DNA of 64,000 bases from an uncultured Acidobacteriota bacterium (GTDB taxonomy: Bacteria; Acidobacteriota; UBA6911), in the NCBI GenBank assembly GCA_963809485.1, contig CAWEJX010000001.1, forward strand, positions 480,001 through 544,000. Direction: 5' to 3'. The translations under genes were made by a program, and so were the position numbers. Positions within the stretch are counted from its first letter, which is position 1. Each line of letters opens with the position of its first letter. Positions 48,094 to 56,826 of the stretch are shown here, one piece after another. Under the pieces are notes generated by a model. The model was not told the DNA's origin. It did not search any database and saw only the letters and a list, made by a program, of their open reading frames with translations.

Positions 48094-49635
48094 ATGGCAA
48101 CTTCAAAATCGGCAGGTCTGCTGAATAAGCTATCCATCAAGGAGATAAATCCTGGAGCCTGTTTTGGGCCAGGCGGATGGATCTCCGACCCCGAGGGCCG
48201 CGAAACCGTCTCCTATTGCCCTGCTACCGGCGAGCCTATCGCGAAAGTGATTCAGGCCGGTCGTGAAGCATACGAACGCATCGTTTCTCAGGCCGCAAAG
48301 GCTTCTGGTGCATGGCGCATGGTTCCCGCTCCCAAGCGCGGAGAAATTGTTCGGGACCTTGGGAATGCATTGCGGCAGCTCAAAGAGCCGCTGGGGGAGC
48401 TGGTCAGCCTGGAAATGGGCAAGATCCGGGTTGAAGGACAGGGCGAAGTCCAGGAAATGATCGATATATGCGATTTTGCAGTTGGGCTGTCCCGCCAGCT
48501 TTACGGGCTGACGATTGCCTCCGAGCGACCGGGGCACCGGATGATGGAACAATGGCATCCTTTGGGAGTCGTCGGCGTGATAACCGCTTTTAATTTTCCC
48601 GTTGCCGTATGGGCCTGGAACAGCGCCATTGCAGCGGTTTGCGGCGACCCGGTGATTTGGAAACCTGCAGGTGCAACTCCTCTCTGCGCGATCGCCGTGC
48701 AGCATATCGCCAACCAGGTCATGGCGGATCACAATCTGAACGGAATCTTCAGCCTTCTTATCGGCCATGGAAACAGCATCGGAAATCAGATGATCCATGA
48801 TCACAATTTTCCGCTGATATCCTTTACCGGCTCCACGCGCGTCGGGCAACATGTGTCGGAAGGAGTCGCGCGCCGCTTTGGCCGAGCAATCCTGGAACTC
48901 GGAGGCAACAATGCAGTCCTGGTGACCGAGGAAGCGAACCTGGATCTGGCGACACGCGCGATCCTGTTCGGCGCCGTTGGAACGGCCGGGCAGCGCTGTA
49001 CATCCACGAGGCGTATCATCGCCCACAAAAGCGTTTCAGGGGAGCTGATACAAAGGCTGGTGCGGGCCTACAGCCAGGTGAAGATCGGAGATCCGCTGGA
49101 TCCGTCCGTTCTGATGGGCCCCTTGATCACGTCCGAGGCAGTCGACGACATGTTCCGCGCGATCGGGCAGGCAAAAGAAGACGGCGGCCGGGTGCTTTTT
49201 GGCGCGCGGCGCCGGCCTGATCTCGGCCCGCTTTTTGTGGAGCCCACAATTCTGCAAATGCCGTTACAAACGGATATCGTGAAGAAGGAGACTTTTGCGC
49301 CAATCCTGTATATTCTCGAGTACGATAGCTTTGAAGAGGCTTTGAGACTCCACAACCAGGTGCCCCAGGGGCTCTCCAGCGCAGTCTTTACAGGAAGCCT
49401 GCAAAAGGCCGAGGAGTTTCTCTCGCCACGCGGCTCAGACTGCGGCATCGCCAACGTCAACATCGGCACGTCCGGCGCCGAAATCGGCGGGGCTTTCGGC
49501 GGAGAAAAGGAGACCGGCGGCGGCCGCGAGTCGGGTTCCGATGCATGGAAGGCCTATATGCGCCGCCAGACAAATACCATCAACTGGTCAAACGATCTCC
49601 CCTTAGCGCAAGGAATCCGCTTCGACGATGAATAA
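48094..49635 (+). CDS. Aldehyde dehydrogenase (ALDH7 / aminoadipate-semialdehyde type)
   Basis: TAFNFP, SFTGST, LELGGNN, TAGQRCTS, ETFAP and FGGEKETGGGRESGSD. Confidence 0.92.
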   Translation: MATSKSAGLLNKLSIKEINPGACFGPGGWISDPEGRETVSYCPATGEPIAKVIQAGREAYERIVSQAAKASGAWRMVPAPKRGEIVRDLGNALRQLKEPLGELVSLEMGKIRVEGQGEVQEMIDICDFAVGLSRQLYGLTIASERPGHRMMEQWHPLGVVGVITAFNFPVAVWAWNSAIAAVCGDPVIWKPAGATPLCAIAVQHIANQVMADHNLNGIFSLLIGHGNSIGNQMIHDHNFPLISFTGSTRVGQHVSEGVARRFGRAILELGGNNAVLVTEEANLDLATRAILFGAVGTAGQRCTSTRRIIAHKSVSGELIQRLVRAYSQVKIGDPLDPSVLMGPLITSEAVDDMFRAIGQAKEDGGRVLFGARRRPDLGPLFVEPTILQMPLQTDIVKKETFAPILYILEYDSFEEALRLHNQVPQGLSSAVFTGSLQKAEEFLSPRGSDCGIANVNIGTSGAEIGGAFGGEKETGGGRESGSDAWKAYMRRQTNTINWSNDLPLAQGIRFDDE

Positions 49636-49671
49636 CAGGATTTTGAGGGAAGGCATCATGCCTAATCCATC

Positions 49672-50069
49672 AGTCAGGCGCCTCCGGCAAAGCCGGAGGC
49701 CTGAAGGATTGGAACCGCTCAAAGCGGTTGGAGGAGTTACGCCAATCTTGAACGCTGACTTACGCGGGCAAAAGCCGATGAGGTGCTTCCGATCCCCGCA
49801 GGGACCAGCGCTCCGCGCTGGACGGTTTTCTGCGGCGGCACTGTGGCAAACGCCCGGTTTCTCATATCCTCCATCTCCTTAGCGCACGGCGCTTGCCACA
49901 GTGCCACCGCAGAAAACCCAATCGGAAGCACCTCATCGGCTTTTGCTCGCCGACCCTCGCCGACCAGATCGGCGTTTGTCAGCGCTTTGGTCAGCGTATC
50001 TCAGCGTTTCAAAATATGGAGCCGTCAAACTCTATGAGTCCCCCGGCAGAGCCGAGGGTTTACCACTAG
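49672..50069 (-). mobile_element. Non-autonomous IS200/IS605-type element (end hairpins, no tnpA) carrying a nested palindrome
   Basis: Terminal hairpins GCCTCCGGC-AAA-GCCGGAGGC (49680-49700) and CCCCCGGC-AGA-GCCGAGGG (50040-50058) in the same orientation, plus AACCGCT-CAA-AGCGGTT (49713-49729). No transposase ORF between them. Confidence 0.6.
49768..49946. repeat. Long nested inverted repeat
   Basis: 26-bp perfect arms 49768-49793/49921-49946; 31-bp arms 49824-49854/49888-49918 with 2 mismatches; side hairpin 49805-49821. Confidence 0.9.
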
Positions 50070-50117
50070 AATCAGGAAGAGGATCACCGAATTTTTTCCC
50101 AAGCCCGAATCTCGAGA

Positions 50118-53093
50118 CTACAAAAGGCGGGCGGAGTCCACGGTCAGGGTAACGGCGCCGAAATCTTCTTCGACCACGCCGCTCAACACATAAGGGCGGG
50201 AGCGATTCAGCATGTGGCAAAAACGCGCATAGGTCTGCGGGAAAAAGGTCGTTTCATAAAGAGCACTGGTGTCTTCGAAGCTGATGAACTCCATCGGCTC
50301 GTCTTCACGGGTCGTGACAACCTTCCCGGTTACCCACCAGCCCACGGTCGTCACCCGCTTCCCGACATGCCTGGGCAGATCGGCGCCTCGGACATACTTC
50401 ATTTTTGAAAGATGTGCAGAATAGAGCGACAACGGATGGCGGCTGATCAGGAAATCCAGGGTCTCCAGTTCATGTTCCAGGACCGTGCGAGGACTGTACT
50501 GCGGCGTCGGCGGAGGGGCGACCGACGGCACATCCTGAAATAGAGAACGCTCCACCGAAGGGCGGGATGCGCGTGTCGCATGCCAAGCCAGGGCTTGCCA
50601 GATCATCTCGGGCCGCGTCGCGCCGCCGGAAATGCTGTCCATGGCTCCGGCCTTGATCAGGATCTTGACATCCGCCGGATCCAGTTCCACACGGCAGAGG
50701 AAATCCTCCAGGGACGCAAAGGGCCTTCTCCTGCGTTCTTCCAGAATTGCCTGAAGGGCCGCTTCATGAAGGCCTTTCAGCTGCATCAACCCGACCCGGA
50801 TGGTTTTATCGCAGCCCCAGTACTCCTTGCGGCTCTCGTTGATGTCCGGCAGAAGCACGCGCAGCCCCATCCGGCGGGCCTCCGAAACATAGGCGAACGG
50901 CGAGTAATAACCGCCCTGGTTGGTAAGCACCGCCGCTATGAATTCCGCCGGGTAATGCGCGCGCAAATAGCAGGACTTGTACGAAACCAGGGCATAGGAG
51001 GCCGAGTGCGGCTTGCAAAACGAGTAGCCCGAAAAACTCAGGATCATCTCCCAGATTTCGTCGATGACGCCGCGCGGCGCACCCCGGGCGGCAGCGCCGG
51101 CATAAAACATCTCCCTGTAGTCCTCGAGCTTTTTGCCTGCGCGTTTTTTCGAAAGGATCTTCCGCAGCAGGTCCGCATCTGAAGCGCCGAACCCCGCCAT
51201 GGCCATGGCAATTCGTGAAACGTCTTCCTGGTACACCATGATCCCGTACGTTTCACTCAGGACTTCGTCCAGAACAGGGTGCAGCGACCGGTAGGAGCCT
51301 CCCTTCAGCCGCCGCACATATTCGCGAATATATTTGTTGGCTGCCGGGCGTATGATCGAGCTGTGGATGACCAGATGGTCGAAATCCCCGGTCCGGCACT
51401 TCTGCTGCAGCTGCCGCATCGACGGGGACTCCACATAGAACACGCCCACCGTGTCGCCTCTGCGAATGAGGTCCTGCGTTTTGCAGTCCGTGGTGGGATC
51501 CCATTGATCGTAATCAATTTCCATGCCGCAATTTTCCCTGACTGCAGCCAGGGCATCCCGTATCACGGCCAGGGACCTGTTTCCCAAAAGATCGATTTTT
51601 ATCAGGCCGGCGTCTTCGGCCTGGTCTTTCTCCCACTGAATGATCGGGACGCCTTTGGGCGAGGGCTCCACCGGCACGTACCGGTCGATCCTGTCGGGAA
51701 CAATGACAATCCCGCCGCAGTGCACAGACATGTGGCGGGGATAGCCCTCAAGTTTTGCCGCCAGGCGCACAATCTCGGGCCAGGGTTCCTTCAGTTCCAT
51801 ATCCTTATAGACGGGATCATGCCGGATGGAATTCTCCAGGTAGTGAATCGACCAGTACACGCCCATACGCTGCGTCACCGCCTTGATCTCCTGTTCGGGG
51901 AGGCCGTACACTTTGGCCACTTCCCTTGTGGCGGCGCGCGTGCGAAATCCCACGTGGTTGGAAATCATGGCGGCCCTGGATGCGCCGTACTTGCGGAAAA
52001 CGTAGTCGAAAACGCCGTCGCGCTCATCCCAGGGGAAATCGATGTCGATATCGGGCGGGTCCACGCGGCCTTCGTTGAGAAAGCGCTCGAAAAAAAGGTT
52101 GTGGGTGATGGGCTCGACATGCGTGATCCCGAGGCAGTACGAAACCAGGCTCGCAGCCGCCGACCCGCGGCCGCAGGTGCGCGCCGATTGACGCACAATA
52201 TCCCGCACAATCAGGAAATAAGGCGCAAAGCCTTTGTCCCGGATGATCTTCAGTTCATGTTCCAGGCGCTTCCGCACGGAGTCCGACAACTCGCCATAGC
52301 GGCGCTCGGCGCCGCGGTAACATTCTTCTTTCAAGTACTCAAAGGGATCCGATCCGCCGACGTCCGCAGAGGGGAACACGAGCCGGCCGATATCCAGATC
52401 CGGGGTGCACTGCTCCGCAATGCGCCGCGTGTTTTCCAGGGCTCTTTCGACATGCGGATATCGGCGCGCCATCGCATCCGCGGGTTTCAGCCAATGATCG
52501 TCACTCACCAGTTCCAACGGCGGGATGCGTGACAGACTCGTGTTCAGATCGATCGCGCGCAGCAGGCGGTGCATCGCGTAATCCGATGGATCCGCAAAAT
52601 ATACGTCGTTGGTCGCCACCGGCGGAATTCCGCTCGTGCGCGAAAAATCGAGCAGCGGAGGTTCGGCGCCGGGATCGTTCAGTTCCACGTAAAGGCCTGA
52701 AGTTCCGTTCTGCCGGGCAAGAGCTTTCAATAACGGGATCTGATCGCTCAGAACAAACAGGTTGTCGCATCCTTCAATAAGAGCTTTGTTCAGGCAAAAA
52801 TCCGGCTCCGTGAGGCGCCGCGATATGATCCGGCAGAGAGTCTCGTATCCTTGCCGGTTGCGCACAAGCAGAGTTGCCCGTTCCGTCTGCGTCCGCAACT
52901 CCGAACCGACGATCGGCCGCAAGCCGCGCTCTGCAGCGTACTGCAGGAACCAGATCAGGCCGTAGACGCCGTTGATATCCGTCAGGGCCATCGCGGACAT
53001 GCCGCGAGCCAGGGCCGCGTCCACCAGATCCTCGATTTTACTGGCGCCACGGCAGAACGAGTAATTCGAATGAACATGCAAATGAATAAACAT
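50118..53093 (-). CDS. dnaE2: Error-prone DNA polymerase III alpha subunit
   Basis: PHP HLHVHSNYS, GRGSAAAS, FERFL, PPDIDID, KIDLLG, YSFCKPHSASY and a C-terminal OB fold. Short (991 aa) and downstream of an ImuB-like gene. Confidence 0.88.
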   Translation of the reverse strand: MFIHLHVHSNYSFCRGASKIEDLVDAALARGMSAMALTDINGVYGLIWFLQYAAERGLRPIVGSELRTQTERATLLVRNRQGYETLCRIISRRLTEPDFCLNKALIEGCDNLFVLSDQIPLLKALARQNGTSGLYVELNDPGAEPPLLDFSRTSGIPPVATNDVYFADPSDYAMHRLLRAIDLNTSLSRIPPLELVSDDHWLKPADAMARRYPHVERALENTRRIAEQCTPDLDIGRLVFPSADVGGSDPFEYLKEECYRGAERRYGELSDSVRKRLEHELKIIRDKGFAPYFLIVRDIVRQSARTCGRGSAAASLVSYCLGITHVEPITHNLFFERFLNEGRVDPPDIDIDFPWDERDGVFDYVFRKYGASRAAMISNHVGFRTRAATREVAKVYGLPEQEIKAVTQRMGVYWSIHYLENSIRHDPVYKDMELKEPWPEIVRLAAKLEGYPRHMSVHCGGIVIVPDRIDRYVPVEPSPKGVPIIQWEKDQAEDAGLIKIDLLGNRSLAVIRDALAAVRENCGMEIDYDQWDPTTDCKTQDLIRRGDTVGVFYVESPSMRQLQQKCRTGDFDHLVIHSSIIRPAANKYIREYVRRLKGGSYRSLHPVLDEVLSETYGIMVYQEDVSRIAMAMAGFGASDADLLRKILSKKRAGKKLEDYREMFYAGAAARGAPRGVIDEIWEMILSFSGYSFCKPHSASYALVSYKSCYLRAHYPAEFIAAVLTNQGGYYSPFAYVSEARRMGLRVLLPDINESRKEYWGCDKTIRVGLMQLKGLHEAALQAILEERRRRPFASLEDFLCRVELDPADVKILIKAGAMDSISGGATRPEMIWQALAWHATRASRPSVERSLFQDVPSVAPPPTPQYSPRTVLEHELETLDFLISRHPLSLYSAHLSKMKYVRGADLPRHVGKRVTTVGWWVTGKVVTTREDEPMEFISFEDTSALYETTFFPQTYARFCHMLNRSRPYVLSGVVEEDFGAVTLTVDSARLL

Positions 53094-53094
53094 A

Positions 53095-53220
53095 TAGGGA
53101 TTAGGGATTAGGGATTAGAAAATTCATGTTTAAGAAAAGCTCTCTTAAAAAGGTTAACAAGCGAAGTAAATGCGCCATTATGTTCTCCCGCAACGTCCTA
53201 ATCACTAACCGCTAACCACT
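53095..53220. repeat. Inverted heptamer-array element C, (TAGGGAT)n ... (CTAAYCR)n
   Basis: TAGGGAT x3 TAG at 53095-53118 and CCTAATCACTAACCGCTAACCACT at 53197-53220, filling the imuB-dnaE2 junction. Confidence 0.82.
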
Positions 53221-54350
53221 GCAGAGTCGCCGTAGCGGCGGCGCAGGGCGTCGAGGGCGAACTCCAGTTTCAGGCGGCGTTCAGGCTTGGGATCCGCGAA
53301 AAGTTCCAGTTGAACCGAGCCGGAAGAGAGATCCGTCAGCTCCAGGTGCATGCTGCGCACTCGCGTGCGCCGCTTCAGAATGGAATCCAGGACCGGCAGG
53401 GCGCGCGCATAGAGGATCGCCGACGACTGCAGCGGCGGTGCAACTTTGAGGGTACGGCCGTCCTCCGCGTAATCGGCGTACCGGATGCGCAACCCTATCC
53501 TGCCCGCGCGTTGCTTGGTATCGCGCAATTGCCTGCCTGCGTGTTCGCAAAGATCCGACAGCTCTTTTTTCAGCAATTCATAGTCGTTGCTGTCTTCGGA
53601 CAGCACTTTCCCCTTTTCCAGTGCCGGCACGGAGCGCTTCGGATGCACCGGTGTGCTGTCAATTCCGAGGGCATGCTGGTAGAGCATAAATCCAAGACGG
53701 CCGAACGCCAGGGCCAGGTGCTCCTGCCTCATCGCCGCAATATCACGGATCAGACGAATGTTGAGATCTTCGAGCTGTCCCTCGATTTGAGGGCCGACGC
53801 CGGGCAGCAGACGCACCGGCAGGGGGGACAGGAAAGAAGGCTCGTTCCCACAGGGAACATCCTGCAAACCGGAAGGTTGAGTCACATCCGAGGCGATCTT
53901 GCTCACCATTTTGTTGGAAGCAACCCCGAGCGAAGTGTCCAGATGAAGCTGTTGCCGGATTTCTTTCTGGGCCCTCCATGCGGTATCCCGCGGCGGGCCG
54001 AATAGCCGGCCGGTCCCCGTAATGTCCAGGTATGCATGCCCATAGCCCGAAGGCTCGATGATGGGCGAATAGCTGTCCAGAACCTTGAAAATCGCGCGCG
54101 AAGCCCGAAGATAAAGCTGCTCGTTCGGCGGCAGCACGGCGATATTCCTGCAATAACGTGTGGCCTTTGAGAGAGCCATTCCCGCACGAATGCCCGCACC
54201 CCGCGCTTCCGAAGACAACGCTGTCACGATGGAACGGGCCGCGCCAAGCGGGGCCACCACCACCGGCCGGCTACGCAGCTCAGGGTGTAGGACCCGCTCC
54301 ACGGCCACAGGAAAGTCCGTAACCGTCACATATATGATCTGCCGTTCCAT
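53205..54350 (-). CDS. imuB: Catalytically inactive Y-family polymerase (ImuB-like)
   Basis: DinB fold, but the catalytic motifs are replaced (IYVTVTDFPV for HVDMDAFY; SGYGHAYLD for SIDEAFLD). Clamp-binding motif QLELF is present. Confidence 0.78.
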   Translation of the reverse strand: MERQIIYVTVTDFPVAVERVLHPELRSRPVVVAPLGAARSIVTALSSEARGAGIRAGMALSKATRYCRNIAVLPPNEQLYLRASRAIFKVLDSYSPIIEPSGYGHAYLDITGTGRLFGPPRDTAWRAQKEIRQQLHLDTSLGVASNKMVSKIASDVTQPSGLQDVPCGNEPSFLSPLPVRLLPGVGPQIEGQLEDLNIRLIRDIAAMRQEHLALAFGRLGFMLYQHALGIDSTPVHPKRSVPALEKGKVLSEDSNDYELLKKELSDLCEHAGRQLRDTKQRAGRIGLRIRYADYAEDGRTLKVAPPLQSSAILYARALPVLDSILKRRTRVRSMHLELTDLSSGSVQLELFADPKPERRLKLEFALDALRRRYGDSAVVSG

Positions 54351-54358
54351 ATTCCAAT

Positions 54359-54439
54359 TTACGAATGACGAATTACGAATGACGAATTGAAAAACTGGGC
54401 TGAGGTTTCAATTCGTCATTCGTAATTCGTCATTCGTAA
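54359..54439. repeat. Inverted heptamer-array element D: perfect 34-bp stem, 13-nt loop
   Basis: TTACGAATGACGAATTACGAATGACGAATTGAAA (54359-54392) and its exact reverse complement (54406-54439). Confidence 0.92.
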
Positions 54440-55202
54440 TTCCTTTTAGTAGTTCCAACAACATGCGCGCGTTGACGACGGCCTGGCCCCGCCAGTGATT
54501 GCCCATGAAGATGAGGACTTTTTCGCTCTCCTGTTCCAGCCGGCGAATTTCCGGGACCACTGCCGCAAGCTCAGCCCTGCTGTAAAGGTAATCATGTTGG
54601 GCAGACCCGTCGCCTTTAACCCACCTGGACCGGTTCCGCCCCTGGAAACGTACGTAGGCCAGACCCGCAGTCGCGCAAAAAAAAGTCCTTTCTTTCAGGC
54701 CCGTTCCGCCATCCACACAGGCAAGCGCGATGCGAGCGGCGTCCAGATGTCTGGCTGCCCTTGGCGAAAGCCAATTCGTGCAGCCGAACTCCGCAATTAG
54801 CGGAATGCCTTCGAGGGAATCCCTCATCAGGCACAATCGTTCGAAGTTGTCGCGCATAAAACCGAATTCGGGAGGAAACTGCGCCAGGACCCCGGCCAAT
54901 TGACCCGAATCCTTCAATGGCCACAGGGCCGCGCAAAACCGCCTGGCCAGCTCAGGGTTATCCGGGTGCTCCTCCGAGAGCCGGTAGGGAGCACGGAAAA
55001 TGAACTGAACGCTTTCCCGGGTTTGCTCGATAATCTCTTGAATAGTAATGACTTCCGGAATCCTGTAGTAGGTCAGTCCAAGCTCGCAACAGCCGAACTG
55101 ACGGCCGTAATAGCCCAGCCAGAAAGCCGGATCAAGGCTTCTGGGATAAAACACCGGCGTCCACTCACGGTACTGGAATCCGCTTGTCCCTACGAGGATC
55201 AT
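54408..55202 (-). CDS. DUF72 (YecE-like TIM-barrel) protein
   Basis: MILVGTSGFQY..W...FYP, TYYRIP, LAQFPP.F, CVD, YVRFQGRN and HDYLYS. ATG at 55202. Confidence 0.85.
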   Translation of the reverse strand: MILVGTSGFQYREWTPVFYPRSLDPAFWLGYYGRQFGCCELGLTYYRIPEVITIQEIIEQTRESVQFIFRAPYRLSEEHPDNPELARRFCAALWPLKDSGQLAGVLAQFPPEFGFMRDNFERLCLMRDSLEGIPLIAEFGCTNWLSPRAARHLDAARIALACVDGGTGLKERTFFCATAGLAYVRFQGRNRSRWVKGDGSAQHDYLYSRAELAAVVPEIRRLEQESEKVLIFMGNHWRGQAVVNARMLLELLKGITNDELRMTN

Positions 55203-55208
55203 AAGATA

Positions 55209-55237
55209 AAAATAGGTGAAGATTTGGTGAAAATCAA
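55209..55237 (-). promoter_or_regulatory. Putative promoter of the DUF72-imuB-dnaE2 cassette with a direct-repeat spacer
   Basis: TTGATT-[TTCACC AAATC TTCACC]-TATTTT, then 6 nt to the ATG. Confidence 0.45.
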
Positions 55238-55412
55238 CAAAAAACTGAAGGTCTGAGAGATGGGGGACAGTCACGAATGTCCCCCCTTAAATAAACGCTT
55301 GATAAACCGGAATCGCTTTTCTTAAGATGTGCGCGGAACACGACCGTTCCTGCTCAACCTTCAGAGACAACAGGAAACCAGCCGCTTACCATAAAGGCAG
55401 TACGGACAGCCC

Positions 55413-56447
55413 ATGGAACAGGAATCTCGACAGATCAATTTCGCATTCATCGGATTTGGACACGTCGGACGGGCCTTCGCCAGGCTTTTGCTCGACCGGC
55501 GGAAATGGCTTCTCAGGGAATACGGCATCGAGTGGAAAATCACCGGCATCGCAACCAGGAACCATGGGACCGCCATCGATCACGAGGGCATGCCGGTCAA
55601 AAAGATTCTCGGCTCCTGGAAACGACACTCGAGTCTGGACCCTTACAACAACGGGCCCGCCTGCGCCTCGCAAACCGATTTCATTCGTCAGTGCGGTGCC
55701 GATGTGCTGTTCGAAATGAGCGTGCTGGACCTCAGCGGGGAGCCTGCGGCAACCTATATCCGGGAAGCGCTCGGCGCAGGCCTTCATGTGATCACCACCA
55801 ACAAAGGACCCGTGGCGACCCAATTCCGTCCTCTCACCCGGCTGGCCCGGCTTCGGGGTGTCCGGTTTCTGTATGAAGGCACGGTAATGGACGGCGCTCC
55901 GGTATTCAATCTCCTCCGTCAGACGCTTCCGGGGACCCGCATACGGTCCCTGCGCGGCATCATCAACAGCACAACCAACTACATCATCACCGCGATGGAG
56001 CAAGGGACCTCATTCGAAGCGGCACTCGACTATACGAGGAATCTCGGACTGACCGAGGCAAATTCCAGCCTGGATCTCGACGGCTGGGATGCGGCAGCCA
56101 AGCTCTCAATCCTGATCCAGGCCATGATGGGCGGCAGCGTTAAACCCAAAGACATCGAGAGGAGCGGCATCTCCGAAGAAACCGGCAGGCTTGTCCGGGC
56201 CGCCGTGCGCCGCGACCGGCGGCTCAGGCTTGTGGCCAGGGCTTACCGGCAGGGGGGAAGAGTCGTCGGGAAAGTCGAGCTGCAGGAACTCGAAATTTTC
56301 GATCCGCTCGCCGCGATACGCGGCCTGGGCAATATCCTGATCCTGAACACCGATACGATGCGTGAACTCGCAATTATCGAAAATAACCCGTCGGTAGATC
56401 AGACCGCCTTCGCCCTCTTCTCCGACCTGATCTCCCTGCTCCAATAA
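55413..56447 (+). CDS. hom: Homoserine dehydrogenase
   Basis: GFGHVG, HVITTNKGP, YEGTVMDGAP, GIINSTTNYI and DLDGWDAAAK. Confidence 0.9.
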   Translation: MEQESRQINFAFIGFGHVGRAFARLLLDRRKWLLREYGIEWKITGIATRNHGTAIDHEGMPVKKILGSWKRHSSLDPYNNGPACASQTDFIRQCGADVLFEMSVLDLSGEPAATYIREALGAGLHVITTNKGPVATQFRPLTRLARLRGVRFLYEGTVMDGAPVFNLLRQTLPGTRIRSLRGIINSTTNYIITAMEQGTSFEAALDYTRNLGLTEANSSLDLDGWDAAAKLSILIQAMMGGSVKPKDIERSGISEETGRLVRAAVRRDRRLRLVARAYRQGGRVVGKVELQELEIFDPLAAIRGLGNILILNTDTMRELAIIENNPSVDQTAFALFSDLISLLQ

Positions 56448-56792
56448 TGAGATGTGATCGGAAAAGCGCGCCAGGTCTATTTCTCTTCAGGCAAGGTTGG
56501 CATTCGCTGGAACAGGATCGGTCTGCCCCTCGGCAACAGCGCACACTAGCCTGCTTCTCTTTCTTACAGGATTCCTGTTGCGAATTCCGACAGTTCGTGC
56601 AAGCCCCATGTCATAAATCGCGGGTCACCGGTCGCCATGTACAACCTGTGGCCTGTGCACTGCGACCTTGAACCCACAACAGCTATGACTGTCCGCGTCG
56701 TATCTCTTCGAAATTTTGTGGTTGTGATAATGAAGGCTGTGAAATGGAAAACACGCGCAACAAAATAGAGAGCCTTCATTCAGCCGCACAAT

Positions 56793-56823
56793 GCTAACCA
56801 CTAACTGCTAACCGCTAAACGCT
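56793..56823. repeat. Orphan heptamer arm (GCTAACC)n
   Basis: GCTAACC ACTAACT GCTAACC GCTAAAC GCT, just 3' of the SDR gene; same unit as the right arms of elements B and C. Confidence 0.7.
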
Positions 56824-56826
56824 GCT

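Noticed and set aside
49628-50220. Small ORFs in the ALDH-dnaE2 gap
   Set aside because: They are translations of palindromic DNA, with similar peptides on both strands and no HUH/Y1 or RuvC motifs.
55336-55349. GAAC-N6-GTTC as a LexA box
   Set aside because: The spacing does not fit GAAC-N4-GTTC, and the site is closer to hom than to the mutagenesis cassette promoter.
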